Below, piece by piece: positions 19,067 through 27,831 of a stretch of 37,187 nucleotides of DNA. How positions within the stretch are numbered: the first letter of the stretch is position 1; every line of letters starts with the position of its first letter. Below the pieces are notes generated by a model. The model made no database searches. It saw nothing but the letters and a program-made list of their open reading frames with translations, and had not been told where the DNA came from. The translations under genes were made by a program, and so were the position numbers. The stretch lies in sequence record SRR20825006_2688. The stretch is one strand, 5' to 3'.

Positions 19067-20491
19067 TCAGGTGATCGTTTCTTCAGCGGGTGAACGCTGA
19101 GTCATTTTGCTGAGGAGTAGGTAAAGGACTCCGCAAGTGGACCAACATGGGATCACCGCATAGGCCGCGAAAAATCCTTTTGCTAGAATGAAGTACAAAG
19201 CCACCGCCACCGGGAGCACCCAAGCGATCAAAACGGCGGCATTGATACGGGCTCCGGTGACTGCCGCGTATTCAGCACGCAGACCAAACCTTTGAATCAG
19301 GTAGAAGTCGACGACGATCACGGCTCCCATCGTTCCTAGGACCGTTCCGTAGGTGCCCACAAAATCGAGCAGTTGAGCCGACAGGTTTGGGAATGCTCCG
19401 GCGATGGTTGCAACGACCCCCGCAACCAACGTCATCGCGGTTCGTGAACTTCGGGGGAACATGCCTTGGAACGCGAGCCCCGCACGATAGATCGTTGGGT
19501 TCGCGGTCGTCCAACCTGCGATCACCACGCAAATGATCCCGGTCCATCCGATCGCTTGATAGGCCAGCAGTCCCGGATTCGCGGTGACTTTGCCGTCCTC
19601 ACCGACCACCAACGCCGGCTGCAACTTGATGAGCGCCGCGAGCAACAAAGCCGCCGCGATCCACGCCATGTAGTGACCGAGAAACATCCCAATCGCGGGC
19701 GCCCATCCCGCCGACTTGCTCTTTGCAAAGCGGAAGATGGTCAGGTCAGCCATCCCGAAATGCATCGCTCCGTTGCACAACCAAGCGAAGACCACGATCT
19801 GCCAGAAATCAAACGTCCCCGGTCCATTCTTTTCCTGAACAAACGTGATCGCATCGGACCAGAACTTGCCTTCGGACAATGCGGATGCGTTGGTGGCACC
19901 CATTTGAGTCAGCGAAACGATTCCGCAGCATGCGAAGACGGCGATCATCCACGGAGCCGCAATATTCGCGAATCTTGCCACTCGTTCATAGCCGCCGGCC
20001 GCGACAGCGGTGATCACCGCTCCGACAATGACAACCAACAACGTGAACGATGGGTTGCTCAGACCAAAGAAGCTCTCCGGAACATCGAAGCTGATGTCGA
20101 AGGGCACTCCCACGGCCGACGCAGAGACCGTGACCATCGCCCCGGCGAGAAAGCAGAAGAGCAGTCCGTTGACCAAGTTGTAGAACTTGACCAGCGAACC
20201 GCCGGCGATGCGTTCAAGCTGATAGTAAAGCGTCATTCGCTTCGCCATCGCGATCGGGACGACGAGGAATCGCCAAGTCAAAACGGCCAGCAAGTTGCCG
20301 AGCAACAGCCCCAGCAACAAATCTGACAGGCTGGCCCCCGCAGCGAGGAACAACGGCCCAATCATGAACTCGGTGCCCGCCGCATGCTCACCGGCGTACA
20401 TTCCCCAGAACTTTCCGTTTCCCATTTGTGCGGATTCGGGAACGGGTTCGCGTTCAAATTCGCCGCCCGCGTCTGAATTTTCTTCGCTCAT
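19067..20491 (-). CDS. Purine-cytosine permease (NCS1/CodB)-like secondary transporter; putative L-rhamnose uptake by context
   Basis: About 12 hydrophobic segments, EFEREPVP, GEHAAGTEFMIGP, GMADLTIFRF and AGWTTANPTIY. Lies directly downstream of rhaA. Confidence 0.8.
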   Translation of the reverse strand: MSEENSDAGGEFEREPVPESAQMGNGKFWGMYAGEHAAGTEFMIGPLFLAAGASLSDLLLGLLLGNLLAVLTWRFLVVPIAMAKRMTLYYQLERIAGGSLVKFYNLVNGLLFCFLAGAMVTVSASAVGVPFDISFDVPESFFGLSNPSFTLLVVIVGAVITAVAAGGYERVARFANIAAPWMIAVFACCGIVSLTQMGATNASALSEGKFWSDAITFVQEKNGPGTFDFWQIVVFAWLCNGAMHFGMADLTIFRFAKSKSAGWAPAIGMFLGHYMAWIAAALLLAALIKLQPALVVGEDGKVTANPGLLAYQAIGWTGIICVVIAGWTTANPTIYRAGLAFQGMFPRSSRTAMTLVAGVVATIAGAFPNLSAQLLDFVGTYGTVLGTMGAVIVVDFYLIQRFGLRAEYAAVTGARINAAVLIAWVLPVAVALYFILAKGFFAAYAVIPCWSTCGVLYLLLSKMTQRSPAEETIT

Positions 20492-20578
20492 CAATTCTCT
20501 CGAGTGCTAAAGATCGGTCGATTCACCGTCGTCTTTTGTTGGTCCGCCACGACCGTGAATTTGTCGGCACGGCTTCGA

Positions 20579-21862
20579 TCAAACCAAAGCAGAACTGTCA
20601 CTTCGCTGGGACAAGACTTGGCTCTCGTATTGCCGCACGTTCTCCAACCAATCCGATCCCGCAGGCACGTCGACCGATTGGCAATAGTGATTCCAAACGG
20701 CACCGAGCGGGAGCGTTTTCTGCTCTTCGAGCAACGCGAGCCGACCGGTCAGGTCTCCTTCCAGTTCCATCTTTCGAAGCTGCTCGGTTGGTTCCAACAA
20801 AGCCGCCAAGACCGCTTTCAATGCGTTGCGAGTTCCAATCGCCCAAGCCGCCACGCGATTGATGCTGGCGTCGAAAAAGTCCAACCCAATGTGCACGCGT
20901 CCCAAGTAGTCACCACGAACAACTTCTTGCATGATCGATTGCAGTTCATCGCTGTACGTGACCACGTGGTCGCTGTCCCAACGCACACCGCGACTGACGT
21001 GCAACAACAACTCGGGAACGTACATCATCACCGCCGAGATTTTGTCTGAGATCGTTTCGGTTGGATGGAAATGCCCCGCGTCCAGACACAGGACTTTGTA
21101 GCGAGACATCGCGTAGCCCATGTAGAACTCGTGTGAACCAACCACGTAGCTTTCGCTGCCGATGCCAAACAGTTTGCATTCGACGGCGTCGAGAGTTTGC
21201 TCGGCGGGATATTCGGTTGCGAAAATGGAGTCGAGCGAATCAGCCAATCTTTCTCGCGGTGCTTTTCGATCGGCGGGCACGTCCTTGTATCCGTCCGGCA
21301 CCCAAAAGTTGTTGATGCAGGGATTGCTTTGAGCGGCGCCCATCGCGGCCGCGATCTTTCGGCAAGCGATGCCGTGATCGATCCAGAATTGACGAATCCC
21401 TGAATCGGCGTGAGCCAGCGTGAAGCCATCCGCCGCGTTGGGATGCGAGAAGTAGCTTGGGTTGAAGTCCAAGCGGACCTTTTGATCGCGGGCCCAATCG
21501 ATCCAGCCTTGAAAGTGTTCGACTTCGATCTCGTCTCGATCGACGCGGCCTTTGAACTCGCCATAAAGAGCATGCAGGTTCAGCCGGTGGTTGCCTGGGA
21601 TCAGCGAATAAGCCAATTCCAAATCGCTCTGCAACTCGTCGATCGTGCGAGCCCGACCGGGGTAATTCCCGGTCACGGCCAATCCGTTTCCGAGTGCTCC
21701 GTCGTCGCCTTCGAAGCCCTTCACGTCATCGCCTTGCCAGCAATGAACCGAGATCTCGACGTCTCGCATCCGTTGCAAAGCCGAGTCGACATCGACTCCA
21801 ATCGCCTGGTATTCCTCTCGGGCCAACTCAAAAGCCTTCTCGATATTGCCAGCTCGATTCAT
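20579..21862 (-). CDS. rhaA: L-rhamnose isomerase
   Basis: [82 protein letters not shown] and [11 protein letters not shown] (E. coli-type RhaA motifs). Confidence 0.97.
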   Translation of the reverse strand: MNRAGNIEKAFELAREEYQAIGVDVDSALQRMRDVEISVHCWQGDDVKGFEGDDGALGNGLAVTGNYPGRARTIDELQSDLELAYSLIPGNHRLNLHALYGEFKGRVDRDEIEVEHFQGWIDWARDQKVRLDFNPSYFSHPNAADGFTLAHADSGIRQFWIDHGIACRKIAAAMGAAQSNPCINNFWVPDGYKDVPADRKAPRERLADSLDSIFATEYPAEQTLDAVECKLFGIGSESYVVGSHEFYMGYAMSRYKVLCLDAGHFHPTETISDKISAVMMYVPELLLHVSRGVRWDSDHVVTYSDELQSIMQEVVRGDYLGRVHIGLDFFDASINRVAAWAIGTRNALKAVLAALLEPTEQLRKMELEGDLTGRLALLEEQKTLPLGAVWNHYCQSVDVPAGSDWLENVRQYESQVLSQRSDSSALV

Positions 21863-21931
21863 GATCTCAATGCCTGATCTAAGGGCGGTGCGTGTGTCTG
21901 TCCGGCCATCTGGTGTGGCCCATCTTTCCGT

Positions 21932-21993
21932 AGCCTACCCGGCGGAGCAACGCCAAACCTTGACATTCTTGCCGGCAACAAGACAATCGTGCC
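21932..21993 (-). promoter_or_regulatory. Candidate activator-dependent rhaA promoter with two tandem RhaS-like half-sites
   Basis: Minus strand: GGCACGATTGTCTTGTT (21993-21977) and GGCAAGAATGTCAAGGT (21973-21957), the latter overlapping a weak -35 AGGTTT, then a 17-nt spacer and -10 TAGGCT (21937-21932). The same layout occurs at 36929-36991. Confidence 0.65.
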
Positions 21994-22059
21994 ACCTGGA
22001 ATTGCTTTTTTAGCACAACCAATTCGAGCCAAAACTCCAGTCCAAACTGCCCCGGAGAC

Positions 22060-22932
22060 ATGCCCGAGATGATCCCGACGCTGAAAAAGGAGGACTGGTT
22101 TCACCCCGACGGATTTCCGATCGTGGTCGAACGGCGTGACCCGCAAGAGCCATTTGGCTTGCATTGCCATGAGTTCGCCGAGATTGTCATCATCACCGGC
22201 GGCAAAGGCGTTCATATCACCGGCGAGGACAGTTACGAACTGGTGACGGGAGACACGTTTGTGATCGGTGGCGACCGACCACACGATTACTTGAACATGG
22301 ATCAATTGAGCCTGATCAACATCCTGTTTGATCCGCTCGAGCTGCCGCTTTCGATTGGCGATCTGCAATCGTTGTCCGGTTACCACGCGTTGTTCACGCT
22401 CGAACCCGCCTGGAGAAAGCGGCATCAATTCACCAGCCGCTTACAACTCAACCCAGCGGAGCTGATCGAGACGCTTCGTTACGTAAAATCATTGGACCAA
22501 GAGTTGAAACAACGGTCGGCCGGTTTTCGAACGATGGCAACGCTCACGATGTTGCAATTGGTCACGTTCCTTTCGCGGTGTTACAGCCGAACACGCAATC
22601 CCGAGAGCAAAAAACTGCTTCGTATTGCCGAGGCCATCTCGCACATCCAGCGACACTTCGATCACCCGATCTCATTGGATGACTTGGTCGAGATTTCGGG
22701 GATGTCTCGCCGGAATTTCATTCGCACTTTCGAAGGCACGATGGAGACATCCCCGATCAAGTATTTGATCCAAGTGCGAATTCAAGAAGCCAGCCGTTTG
22801 CTTCGCAGCACCGATCGGTCCATCACCAACATCGCCTTTGATGTCGGTTTCTCGGACAGCAACTACTTCAGCCGGCAGTTCCGCACCCACCTTGGTTTGT
22901 CGCCTCGCGAATACAGGAAACAAATGCGTTGA
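22060..22932 (+). CDS. AraC-family transcriptional activator, RhaS/RhaR-like
   Basis: Cupin sensor [22 protein letters not shown] and C-terminal double HTH ..[28 protein letters not shown]. Divergent from rhaA. Confidence 0.92.
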   Translation: MPEMIPTLKKEDWFHPDGFPIVVERRDPQEPFGLHCHEFAEIVIITGGKGVHITGEDSYELVTGDTFVIGGDRPHDYLNMDQLSLINILFDPLELPLSIGDLQSLSGYHALFTLEPAWRKRHQFTSRLQLNPAELIETLRYVKSLDQELKQRSAGFRTMATLTMLQLVTFLSRCYSRTRNPESKKLLRIAEAISHIQRHFDHPISLDDLVEISGMSRRNFIRTFEGTMETSPIKYLIQVRIQEASRLLRSTDRSITNIAFDVGFSDSNYFSRQFRTHLGLSPREYRKQMR

Positions 22933-22971
22933 GACATGCACGGGATACCGGCGAGAAGATCGTTCTCCGCG

Positions 22972-24264
22972 TCACGACAAATTGAACTGTTCGCAAAGTT
23001 CATCGATGACGTCTTGCTGCATCACCGACACGTCCCCGATCGATTTCGCATTTATCACTGCTTCGGCGGTGGATTCGAGCACTTCCAAACGGTCGAACGC
23101 GTCCAACACGGTGGTTCCGGTCACCAACACACCATCGTTTTCAAGAATCGCGGCTGGGTTACGACTGCACACATAGTCGGCAATGGATTCGTCGCCTGAA
23201 TACTGGACTCCATAAGGAGCACGTGCCACGTCACGCAGAAAGACGTAGCTTTCCGGAATGGTGCGAACATCCAAGGGAACGCTGGTGACACTGAACGCCG
23301 TCGCGTTGACCGGATGAGCGAACACGATCGCTTGCACGTGCGGATGTTTTTCGTAGATCGCGCGGTGAGCGTTGGCGGCTCGACTGGCCAGTTTGCCGTA
23401 TTCACGAAATTCGCCTTTGACCAGCACAAAGTCCTCCGCCCGCAGTAACTCACGGTCTCGCTGCGTTGGTGTGATCAAGAACGAATCGTCTTTCAAACGA
23501 GATGAAAAGCTGCCTTCGGTGCTGATCAACAATCGCTGGCGGCAACCTCGACGCACAAACTCACACAGTTGCCGTCGTAGTTCTTGCTCTCGCGTGGTGG
23601 CAGCGGGCGGTTCGTAGCTGATGAAGTCAACGCTCCGATGCGCCGCTTGGTCCAATTGAGAATCATTGAGGTATTGAACCTCGCCAATCTGCTTGGCTTT
23701 GATCAGCGTCTTGCCCGCGAACTCGAACGCTTCGAATCGTTGGAACGCGGATGCGAAATCTTCCCCTGCCACGACGACGCCGTGGTTTTCCAGGATCACA
23801 CTATCGCATCCGTCTTCGAACTGTTTCGCAATGCTGGCCCCGAGGGCTTCCGTTCCCGGGCACGCGTAAGGTGCAAACCCGACTTTGCCGCAAACACTGT
23901 GTGCTTGATGAAACAACCGCGTATCGGGTGTCCCGCGACAAATGCTGAAGGCGACCAACGCGACCGGGTGAGCGTGCACGATCGCTTTTACATCCGGTCG
24001 GGCTTCGTAGATCGCTTTGTGAAACGGGAACTCCGAGGATGGCGGGTGCGGGCCATCGACGGATCCATCGGCGCGAACGCAGATGATGTCGTTCCGAGTC
24101 AGGTTGCCTTTGTCGACTCTCGCCGGCGTGATCCAAATGTTGCCTTCGCTGTCTCGGATCGACAAATTGCCACCCGAAGTCGTCGTCATGCGGTAACGAT
24201 AGATCCGATCCATCGTTTGCATGATTCGGTCCCGTGGATGTTGGACATCTCGCGAATGGCTCAT
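22972..24264 (-). CDS. Tandem two-domain class II aldolase/adducin protein; probable rhamnulose-1-phosphate aldolase
   Basis: Domain 1: [30 protein letters not shown]. Domain 2: [29 protein letters not shown]. Substrate inferred from the rhamnose context. Confidence 0.85.
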   Translation of the reverse strand: MSHSRDVQHPRDRIMQTMDRIYRYRMTTTSGGNLSIRDSEGNIWITPARVDKGNLTRNDIICVRADGSVDGPHPPSSEFPFHKAIYEARPDVKAIVHAHPVALVAFSICRGTPDTRLFHQAHSVCGKVGFAPYACPGTEALGASIAKQFEDGCDSVILENHGVVVAGEDFASAFQRFEAFEFAGKTLIKAKQIGEVQYLNDSQLDQAAHRSVDFISYEPPAATTREQELRRQLCEFVRRGCRQRLLISTEGSFSSRLKDDSFLITPTQRDRELLRAEDFVLVKGEFREYGKLASRAANAHRAIYEKHPHVQAIVFAHPVNATAFSVTSVPLDVRTIPESYVFLRDVARAPYGVQYSGDESIADYVCSRNPAAILENDGVLVTGTTVLDAFDRLEVLESTAEAVINAKSIGDVSVMQQDVIDELCEQFNLS

Positions 24265-24309
24265 TCTATTCCCGTCGGTGAAGGATCAATCAAAGGTCAG
24301 CGGAGGTGA

Positions 24310-25797
24310 TTACAGAGGTCGGACAACCGACGTGCTGCGGTAGTAATCCATCAGCGTTTCAGGCGATAGCACACCGCCGCCCATGCCGCTTTTCTTGACG
24401 CCGCCGTAGGGCACACCGTGTGCGAACACGTTGTGAGCGTTGATCCAACTGTTGCCAGCGATCATCGATTCGGCGACCCGGTTGGCTCGTTCGGCATCCG
24501 TCGTCCAAACACTGTTGGCTAATCCGTAGTCGGTGTCATTCGCTTTCGCAATCGCATCCGCTTCATCGGAGAACTTCGCCAGGTAAGCCACCGGCCCAAA
24601 GATTTCTTCACGAGCGGCGACGTTGTCCAGCGAACCGGCCAACAACGTTGGTTTGACATAGTTTCCGTTCAGCCCGTCGACGGTCGCGGGGCCACCACCG
24701 CAGAGACACTGAGCTCCTCCCGCAGTTCCCTTTTCTTGGTACCCGAGAACACGTTCTCGTTGTTTGGGATTCACGACCGGCCCCATGTCGCTGTTGGGAT
24801 CCAGCGGGTGACCGATGCGGACTTTCTCCATCAACTGTTTGCACTCAGCGACGAACTCATCGTAGATGTTTTCGTGGATCAGCCAACGCGTTGCATCGCA
24901 GCAAACTTGCCCGGTGTGGAACGTGATCGCACCGACCAAAGCTTGCGCGGTGGCTTTGACATCGACATCATCAAAGACAACCGCGGCGCCCTTGCCACCC
25001 AGTTCCAGTTTGACTGGCACCAAGTTGCGTCCACAGGATTCACCAACCAAACGGCCCACTTCGGGTGAACCGGTGAACGACATGCGTTTGATTTCAGCGT
25101 TGTTGGTCAGGGCGGCACCCGCCGTTGCACCTCGGCCGGTGACGACATTGATCACGCCATCGGGTACGCCGACTTCTTTGGCCAGTTGAGCCAAGTAGAT
25201 CGCCGAAAGTGATGTGTCTTCGGCGGGTTTGATGACCACGGTGTTCCCGGCAGCCAGCGCCGGGGAGATTCCCCAACCGATCAACAAGAACGGGAAGTTC
25301 CAGGGGAAGATGAAGGCACATGCCCCCCAAGGTTGTTTGACCGTGTAGGCATCATGACCGGGCACGTCCAACTTCGTACGCTTTTCGACTTTGTCAGACA
25401 GACCAACGAAGTATCGCATCGTTTCGACAAAGTTCTGCACATCGCCGGCGGCTTGGGCTTCGATTTTGCCGGCGTCGAGTGCCTCGATTTGAGCGATGAT
25501 CGCTTTGTGGCTCTCCACCGCATCGGCGAGTTTGAGCAGGATGCTGCTGCGTTCTTGTTGGGACAATCCAGCCCAAGCGGGGAACGCTTCATTGGCAATT
25601 TCCACTGCACGATCAATCTCGGCCGCATTCAAGTCGTGAATCTCAGCGAGCTGATCACCCGAGCCTGGATCGATCGTTGCGAGCACGTTTCCCTGTTCGC
25701 TCGGGTAGGGCTTTCCGCCGACGAAGCTCGCCAGGGGGGATTGATCCAGGAACGATTGAACTTCGGGAAGCAATGTGTGTTGGGTTGCGACGCTCAT
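24310..25797 (-). CDS. NAD(P)-dependent aldehyde dehydrogenase; probable L-lactaldehyde dehydrogenase
   Basis: PWNFP, KPAE, FTGS, LELGGKG, GQVCC, EEIFGPV and PYGGVKKSG. Immediately upstream of the aldolase gene. Confidence 0.92.
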   Translation of the reverse strand: MSVATQHTLLPEVQSFLDQSPLASFVGGKPYPSEQGNVLATIDPGSGDQLAEIHDLNAAEIDRAVEIANEAFPAWAGLSQQERSSILLKLADAVESHKAIIAQIEALDAGKIEAQAAGDVQNFVETMRYFVGLSDKVEKRTKLDVPGHDAYTVKQPWGACAFIFPWNFPFLLIGWGISPALAAGNTVVIKPAEDTSLSAIYLAQLAKEVGVPDGVINVVTGRGATAGAALTNNAEIKRMSFTGSPEVGRLVGESCGRNLVPVKLELGGKGAAVVFDDVDVKATAQALVGAITFHTGQVCCDATRWLIHENIYDEFVAECKQLMEKVRIGHPLDPNSDMGPVVNPKQRERVLGYQEKGTAGGAQCLCGGGPATVDGLNGNYVKPTLLAGSLDNVAAREEIFGPVAYLAKFSDEADAIAKANDTDYGLANSVWTTDAERANRVAESMIAGNSWINAHNVFAHGVPYGGVKKSGMGGGVLSPETLMDYYRSTSVVRPL

Positions 25798-25869
25798 ATT
25801 CTTTCTCGCTCAAACTTTCTGTGCGGTGAATGGGTTGAAATAGCAGTGTACAACGATTGTCGATGGACT

Positions 25870-27831
25870 TCATCGAGGCAGTGGGCGGTGGACGGGAAGC
25901 CCATCCAACAAACCGGGGCGGGCGGGCCCCGTTCGAAACCGGTACCAGAACGCTCCATCGTTCAAACCCCCGGCGGGTTGATTGCCAACTGTGATCCATC
26001 CCGGATCTGACAGCGCGAAATAAGTCGTGTTCGGCTTCAGTCGCGGGAGATCGTTGAATGAGATTTGTCGGGAGCCCTCGTCAGGGTGCCCAGGTTCAGG
26101 ATCCGCTTGCCAAATGACCGATTGGGTGTCACCGGCTTCGTACAAGCGAATGGTTTTGCCGGTTGAATTCGCGAACCGAATTTCCTTCGAAAAATGGAAG
26201 CTCAGTTCTGTATCGCATGGGACATCCATCGCGGACATCGCAGGAACGGCACGCACATAAGCGGGCATGATCATGCGAATGCGGTGGTATCCCCAACCTT
26301 CTTGATATTCTTTCAACGGTGCACGCCACGACGCAGGCATCTTCGTGTTTTCGCGAGCGAACTGGAACCAAGCGTCGCTCATCGCTGACAACACCTCGGG
26401 TCGCTCGGCCGCCAAATCCTGTGACTCCGCCGGATCGTTTTGAATGTCGTGCAGTCGCCACGGCCCATCACTGATGCTGGAAATTTTCCAGTTGCCCTTG
26501 GTCAGCGCCTTGCCAGTCTGGTTGAAGCACCAGAATATCTCGTCGTGAATCGCGAGATTCGGCAGGCCAGGTTTTCGAAGCAACGGCAACATCGAATTTC
26601 CATAAAGCGGTTCCAGCTTGCGATCACCATCATGAGTTGGATACGTCGCACCCGCCAATTCAAGCATCGTTGGATACAAATCCGTGACGTGCAATCGCTG
26701 TTTGCGAATGGCTCCTTCTTGTCCCGACAATTGCGCTGGCCAACGCACGATCAACGGCACAGACACGCCGCCCTCTTGCGCACACGATTTGTACCAACGG
26801 AATGGAGTGTTCTTCAGATACGACCAACCGTTGGAAACAAACGCGTTGCTGCCGGGTTCCCAAGGGATTTGTTGGTCGTAGGTGCGGATGTCGCCGTTGC
26901 TGTAAGCACCACCATTGTCCGCCATGAAGATCACGATGGTGTCCTCATCGAGTCCTTGGTCGCTCAAGTGTTGAAGCAATCGCCCCACGTTCCAGTCCAA
27001 TCGATCCAGCATCCCAGCGTAGGCTGCCATGCGTCGGCTTTCTTGCTCTTGAATCGTCGCCGGCAACTCGTCCCACCGTCGCACTTCTGCATCCGGCTGG
27101 GACATCACATAACGTTCGTCGATCAAACCCATCGCGATCATTCGGTCATAGCGATCTCGACGCAGCTTTTCCCAACCCGCTCGGTAGCGTTCGTAGTACT
27201 TTTCGACGCTCTCGCGAGGTGCGTGCAGCGGTGTGTGCGGCGCATTGAACGCGACTTGGGTGAAGAACGGTTTGCCTTGCCTTCGTGCCGAATCGATCTC
27301 TTCCATCGCACGGTCCGTGAACGCGTCCGAACTGTACCAGCCCTCACTCACAGGTTTGGGTGAATCCCGGTTCGTTTGAATCGCGGGTTTGCCTCGTTCG
27401 AAGCCGGTCCAACTGTCGATCGCACCGCCAAGGAATCCGTAGAAGGAGTCAAAGCCAGCGTCGAGCGGATTGTCGGGTTGATGCCACTTGCCCGAGAGCG
27501 ACGTCGCATAGCCGGACTTCTTCAGCAGACGAGCCACCGGTAGCGAGCGTCGATAATGATCCGACTGAGAATGCGTGTGGCCGGTCATCAGGCTGGTTCG
27601 CGTCACCACGCACATTGGGTTGACGTGAAATCCGCTGAAGCGAACTCCATCGGCTGCCAACTGATCCAAATGGGGCGTGTCGATTTCACCGCCATAACAA
27701 CCGAGATCCGAGTAGCCCACATCGTCCGCGATGATGAGCAAGACATTTGGCTGGTCCGCCGCTGAAACGTTTGGTTCAGCGGGCAGCACCAGCAACAGGG
27801 CGGCAACAAGAAGAAACAAACTTCGCACCAT
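25870..27831 (-). CDS. Secreted S1 sulfatase with C-terminal Ig-like domain
   Basis: Signal peptide, PNVLLIIADDVGY, NPMCVVTRTSLMTG, GKWH, APHTPLH and DNGG. Beta-rich C-terminal extension ending LKPNTTYF..FWYRFRT. Confidence 0.92.
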   Translation of the reverse strand: MVRSLFLLVAALLLVLPAEPNVSAADQPNVLLIIADDVGYSDLGCYGGEIDTPHLDQLAADGVRFSGFHVNPMCVVTRTSLMTGHTHSQSDHYRRSLPVARLLKKSGYATSLSGKWHQPDNPLDAGFDSFYGFLGGAIDSWTGFERGKPAIQTNRDSPKPVSEGWYSSDAFTDRAMEEIDSARRQGKPFFTQVAFNAPHTPLHAPRESVEKYYERYRAGWEKLRRDRYDRMIAMGLIDERYVMSQPDAEVRRWDELPATIQEQESRRMAAYAGMLDRLDWNVGRLLQHLSDQGLDEDTIVIFMADNGGAYSNGDIRTYDQQIPWEPGSNAFVSNGWSYLKNTPFRWYKSCAQEGGVSVPLIVRWPAQLSGQEGAIRKQRLHVTDLYPTMLELAGATYPTHDGDRKLEPLYGNSMLPLLRKPGLPNLAIHDEIFWCFNQTGKALTKGNWKISSISDGPWRLHDIQNDPAESQDLAAERPEVLSAMSDAWFQFARENTKMPASWRAPLKEYQEGWGYHRIRMIMPAYVRAVPAMSAMDVPCDTELSFHFSKEIRFANSTGKTIRLYEAGDTQSVIWQADPEPGHPDEGSRQISFNDLPRLKPNTTYFALSDPGWITVGNQPAGGLNDGAFWYRFRTGPARPGLLDGLPVHRPLPR

